This document shows, piece by piece, positions 29,992-32,000 of a DNA stretch of 32,000 nucleotides. Under the pieces are notes generated by a model. It was not told where the DNA came from and did not search any database. It saw only the letters and a list, made by a program, of their open reading frames with translations. Numbering within the stretch: the stretch's first letter is position 1; each line of letters starts with the position of its first letter. A program made the position numbers and the translations under genes. The DNA lies in assembly GCF_017876815.1 (NCBI RefSeq), contig NZ_JAGIOS010000002.1, positions 870,001 through 902,000 on the forward strand, in the 5' to 3' direction. Source of the stretch: Sinorhizobium meliloti. Lineage in GTDB: Bacteria > Pseudomonadota > Alphaproteobacteria > Rhizobiales > Rhizobiaceae.

Positions 29992-31875
29992 ATGGTTTCA
30001 CATTCCGAGCACATCCGCGAAATCGAACGCGTCAGCCGTGGTCTTCCCGTGCGCCGCGACGAGACGGTCGTGAAATCGTGGCTGCGCTGCCTGGAGCATC
30101 ACCGGCTCGATCCGGCGCAGAGTTGTGAAGCCTATATCGTTCCGGAAACGCGACTTAGGGAACACCGCCAACAATCGGAGGATCTGATCGCCATCGCCCG
30201 TTCGGGGCTCGAAAACCTGTTCCGCCAGGTGGCGGGGCAGAACTACGTGCTGCTGCTTTCCGACCGCGAAGGCGTGACGGTCGAGTTCCTCGGCGATCCC
30301 CTCTTCGGCAACAGCCTGCGCAAGGCGGGGCTCTATTTGGGTTCGGAGTGGTCCGAGTGGCGCGCCGGGACCTGTGCGGTGGGCGCGTGCCTGGAAACGG
30401 GAGAGGCGCTGACGATCCACCAGACCGACCACTTCGACAACACCCACACGCCGCTCTCCTGCACGGCCGCGCCGATCTACGACATCCAGGGCGAACTCTC
30501 CGCCGTGCTCGACATCTCGCTTCTGAGTTCGCCGATCCTCAAGGCGAGCCAGAACCTGGCACTGCACCTGGTGAGCGCGACCGTAAGGCGCATCGAGCTT
30601 GCCAATCTCATGGCGCAAGCGCGTAATCAATGGGTCCTGCGATTCTCGCGCTCACCCGAATTCCTCGACGTCGATCCGGAGGCGGCGATCTCGATCGACG
30701 GTCTCGGCCGCATCGCCGGCATGACGCATGCGGGAGCGAAAATCCTTGCGCGTTCGACAGGCCTCGACTGGCGCGATCCGCAGCAACTGATCGGCGAGCC
30801 GGTGTCGCGCTTCTTCGACATCGAGGTCGACAATCTTTCCGACCTTACCCGCCGGCGCCCGACCCGGGAGCGGCTCGTCTTCGCGCGGGATGGAAACGCG
30901 CTCTTCGCCCATGCGATCGAGCCGCACTCGAAGGTCCGCGCACCGCTCGTTTCGCGCGAGCAAATTCCACCGGCCTTGCGGCGGCTCGGCGGCGACGCGC
31001 CCGTGATCGCGGCGCTGCAGGCAAAGGCGGCAAAGCTTGCGCGGACGCGATTGCCGATCCTCATTCAGGGCGAGACCGGAACGGGCAAGGAACATCTCGC
31101 GCGGGCCATCCACGAGGGCAGCGGTCTCGAGGGCCCGTTCGTCGCCATCAATTGTGCGGCAATCCCGGAGCAGCTGATCGAAAGCGAGCTTTTCGGCTAC
31201 TTGCCGGGAGCTTTCACCGGCGCTTCGGCAAAGGGTCGCAAGGGCCTGATCGAGCAGGCGGACGGCGGAACGCTCTTCCTCGACGAAATCGGCGACATGC
31301 CGCTTGCCCTGCAAAGCCGGCTGTTGCGCGTGCTTGCCGAGGGCGAGGTGCTGCCGGTCGGCGGGACGGCACCGCGGAAGGTTCGGATCCGGATCGTGTC
31401 GGCATCGCACCGGCCCCTGCAGACGCTCGTCTCGCAAGGAGCATTCCGCGAGGACCTCTATTACCGGCTCAATGCCGCGACGCTCACCCTTCCGGCGCTC
31501 CGGGACAGGCCGGACTTCGACTGGGTTCTGGAGCAACTCCTGAAGCGGCACGGCGATGGCGAATTGATATTGTCCCCGGCCGCGCTTTCTGCGCTCAAGG
31601 CCCACGATTGGCCGGGAAACATCCGCGAGCTCGACAACGTCATCGGGGTCGCCGCGGCACTTGCCGAGAACGGCGTCGTGGAGCTCGGCGACCTGCCGGA
31701 CCAACTCCTGGCGAATGCGGACACTGTCGGCGGAAACGAGGCGAGCGCGACCTTGAGCCTGACGCTGACCGCTTGCAACTGGAACATTTCCGAGGCTGCC
31801 CGCCGGCTGGGGCTCGATCGCTCGACGGTGCACCGGCAGATCAAGCGCTACCGCCTCAAACCGCACCGCCATTGA
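29992..31875 (+). CDS. Sigma-54-dependent transcriptional activator, AcoR-like (GAF-type sensor, AAA+ domain, Fis HTH)
   Basis: Walker A GETGTGKE, GAFTGA loop (LPGAFTGAS), Walker B LFLDEIGD, and C-terminal HTH NISEAARRLGLDRSTVHRQIKRY. The N-terminal ~300 aa resemble the AcoR sensor region. GGGAGG RBS lies 5 nt before the ATG at 29992. Confidence 0.9.
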   Translation: MVSHSEHIREIERVSRGLPVRRDETVVKSWLRCLEHHRLDPAQSCEAYIVPETRLREHRQQSEDLIAIARSGLENLFRQVAGQNYVLLLSDREGVTVEFLGDPLFGNSLRKAGLYLGSEWSEWRAGTCAVGACLETGEALTIHQTDHFDNTHTPLSCTAAPIYDIQGELSAVLDISLLSSPILKASQNLALHLVSATVRRIELANLMAQARNQWVLRFSRSPEFLDVDPEAAISIDGLGRIAGMTHAGAKILARSTGLDWRDPQQLIGEPVSRFFDIEVDNLSDLTRRRPTRERLVFARDGNALFAHAIEPHSKVRAPLVSREQIPPALRRLGGDAPVIAALQAKAAKLARTRLPILIQGETGTGKEHLARAIHEGSGLEGPFVAINCAAIPEQLIESELFGYLPGAFTGASAKGRKGLIEQADGGTLFLDEIGDMPLALQSRLLRVLAEGEVLPVGGTAPRKVRIRIVSASHRPLQTLVSQGAFREDLYYRLNAATLTLPALRDRPDFDWVLEQLLKRHGDGELILSPAALSALKAHDWPGNIRELDNVIGVAAALAENGVVELGDLPDQLLANADTVGGNEASATLSLTLTACNWNISEAARRLGLDRSTVHRQIKRYRLKPHRH

Positions 31876-31902
31876 GGCGCAATCCGTCGCGGCAGGCGGC
31901 CG

Positions 31903-32000
31903 TGCAACAGGCGCGGCGCCACACATGTTGCAGCCGCGTCGCATCATGCGACACCTCCACGTTCTCGCTTCTTGAAAACACTCGTTTTTCTGCCCTGGCA
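31903..32000 (+). promoter_or_regulatory. Possible enhancer palindromes plus a truncated sigma-54 -24 element downstream of the activator gene
   Basis: TGCAAC-N18-GTTGCA lies at 31903-31932. GTCGCAT-C-ATGCGAC lies at 31938-31952. The window ends in CTGGCA (31995-32000), which fits the TGGCA(C) -24 box. The -12 region is outside the window. Confidence 0.3.

Noticed and set aside
61-31947. Long opposite-strand or alternative-frame ORFs covering real genes: 61..855+, 3885..5219-, 3857..4882+, 10222..11322-, 15187..16980-, 16440..17255+, 18328..19122-, 20244..21731+, 21767..22816+, 22242..23759-, 24542..25303-, 25927..27342-, 27470..28474-, 28612..29763-, 29106..30128+, 30652..31947-.
   Set aside because: In each case the other frame or strand contains clear catalytic or domain motifs and G/C-ending codons. 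These translations are Arg/Pro/Ala/Gly-rich with no recognisable motif. That is the usual artefact of high-GC DNA.
1-32000. A search for tRNA, rRNA, CRISPR, IS elements, integrases, phage genes, and type I secretion genes for the RTX protein.
   Set aside because: None were recognised. There is no cloverleaf-like conserved tRNA sequence, no transposase or integrase motif in any frame of the track, and no ABC/MFP/TolC trio. Absence is judged by eye only.

Overview
GC-rich window with strong third-position GC bias. Gene content, RBS style and promoter motifs look like a Rhizobiaceae-type alphaproteobacterium; this is inference, as no search was run. I support about 32 protein-coding genes. I found no rRNA or tRNA genes, no CRISPR array and no transposase or integrase. 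Gene order: a sugar ABC substrate-binding protein (partial); two SDR oxidoreductases flanking two tiny hydrophilic proteins; a HisKA_3 sensor kinase with a NarL/LuxR response regulator; a lower-GC spacer with a small secreted peptide gene; a 1072-aa RTX/beta-roll protein built from 12 modules of about 73 aa or more; a Zn-alcohol dehydrogenase; a translationally coupled nucleotidyltransferase-fold and metallophosphoesterase pair; a run of small stress-type proteins (DUF1328, a 48-aa Lys-rich protein, PepSY, YflT/GSP17M-like, DUF892); a Pcm methyltransferase fused to an erythromycin-esterase-family domain; a YbhP-like, YbhN-like and PLD lipid triad; a PoxB-like TPP enzyme; the cluster ASRT-family protein / FAD lactone oxidase / second ASRT-family protein / TreS-like GH13 / FGD-like LLM oxidoreductase; LhgO; and an AcoR-like sigma-54 activator. 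The main non-obvious signal is regulatory. Eleven correctly placed matches to the alphaproteobacterial general-stress sigma factor motif (EcfG/RpoE2, GGAAC-N16/17-cGTT) lie upstream of genes, three of them as divergent pairs, so much of the window looks like one general-stress regulon hot spot. The most interesting gene-level candidate is the stress-promoter-driven duplicated ASRT / lactone oxidase / TreS-like / LLM cluster. All functional calls rest on motifs I recognise in the translations. Start codons were chosen by RBS spacing and are less certain than stops. Several real-looking genes under 60 aa are absent from the supplied ORF track.
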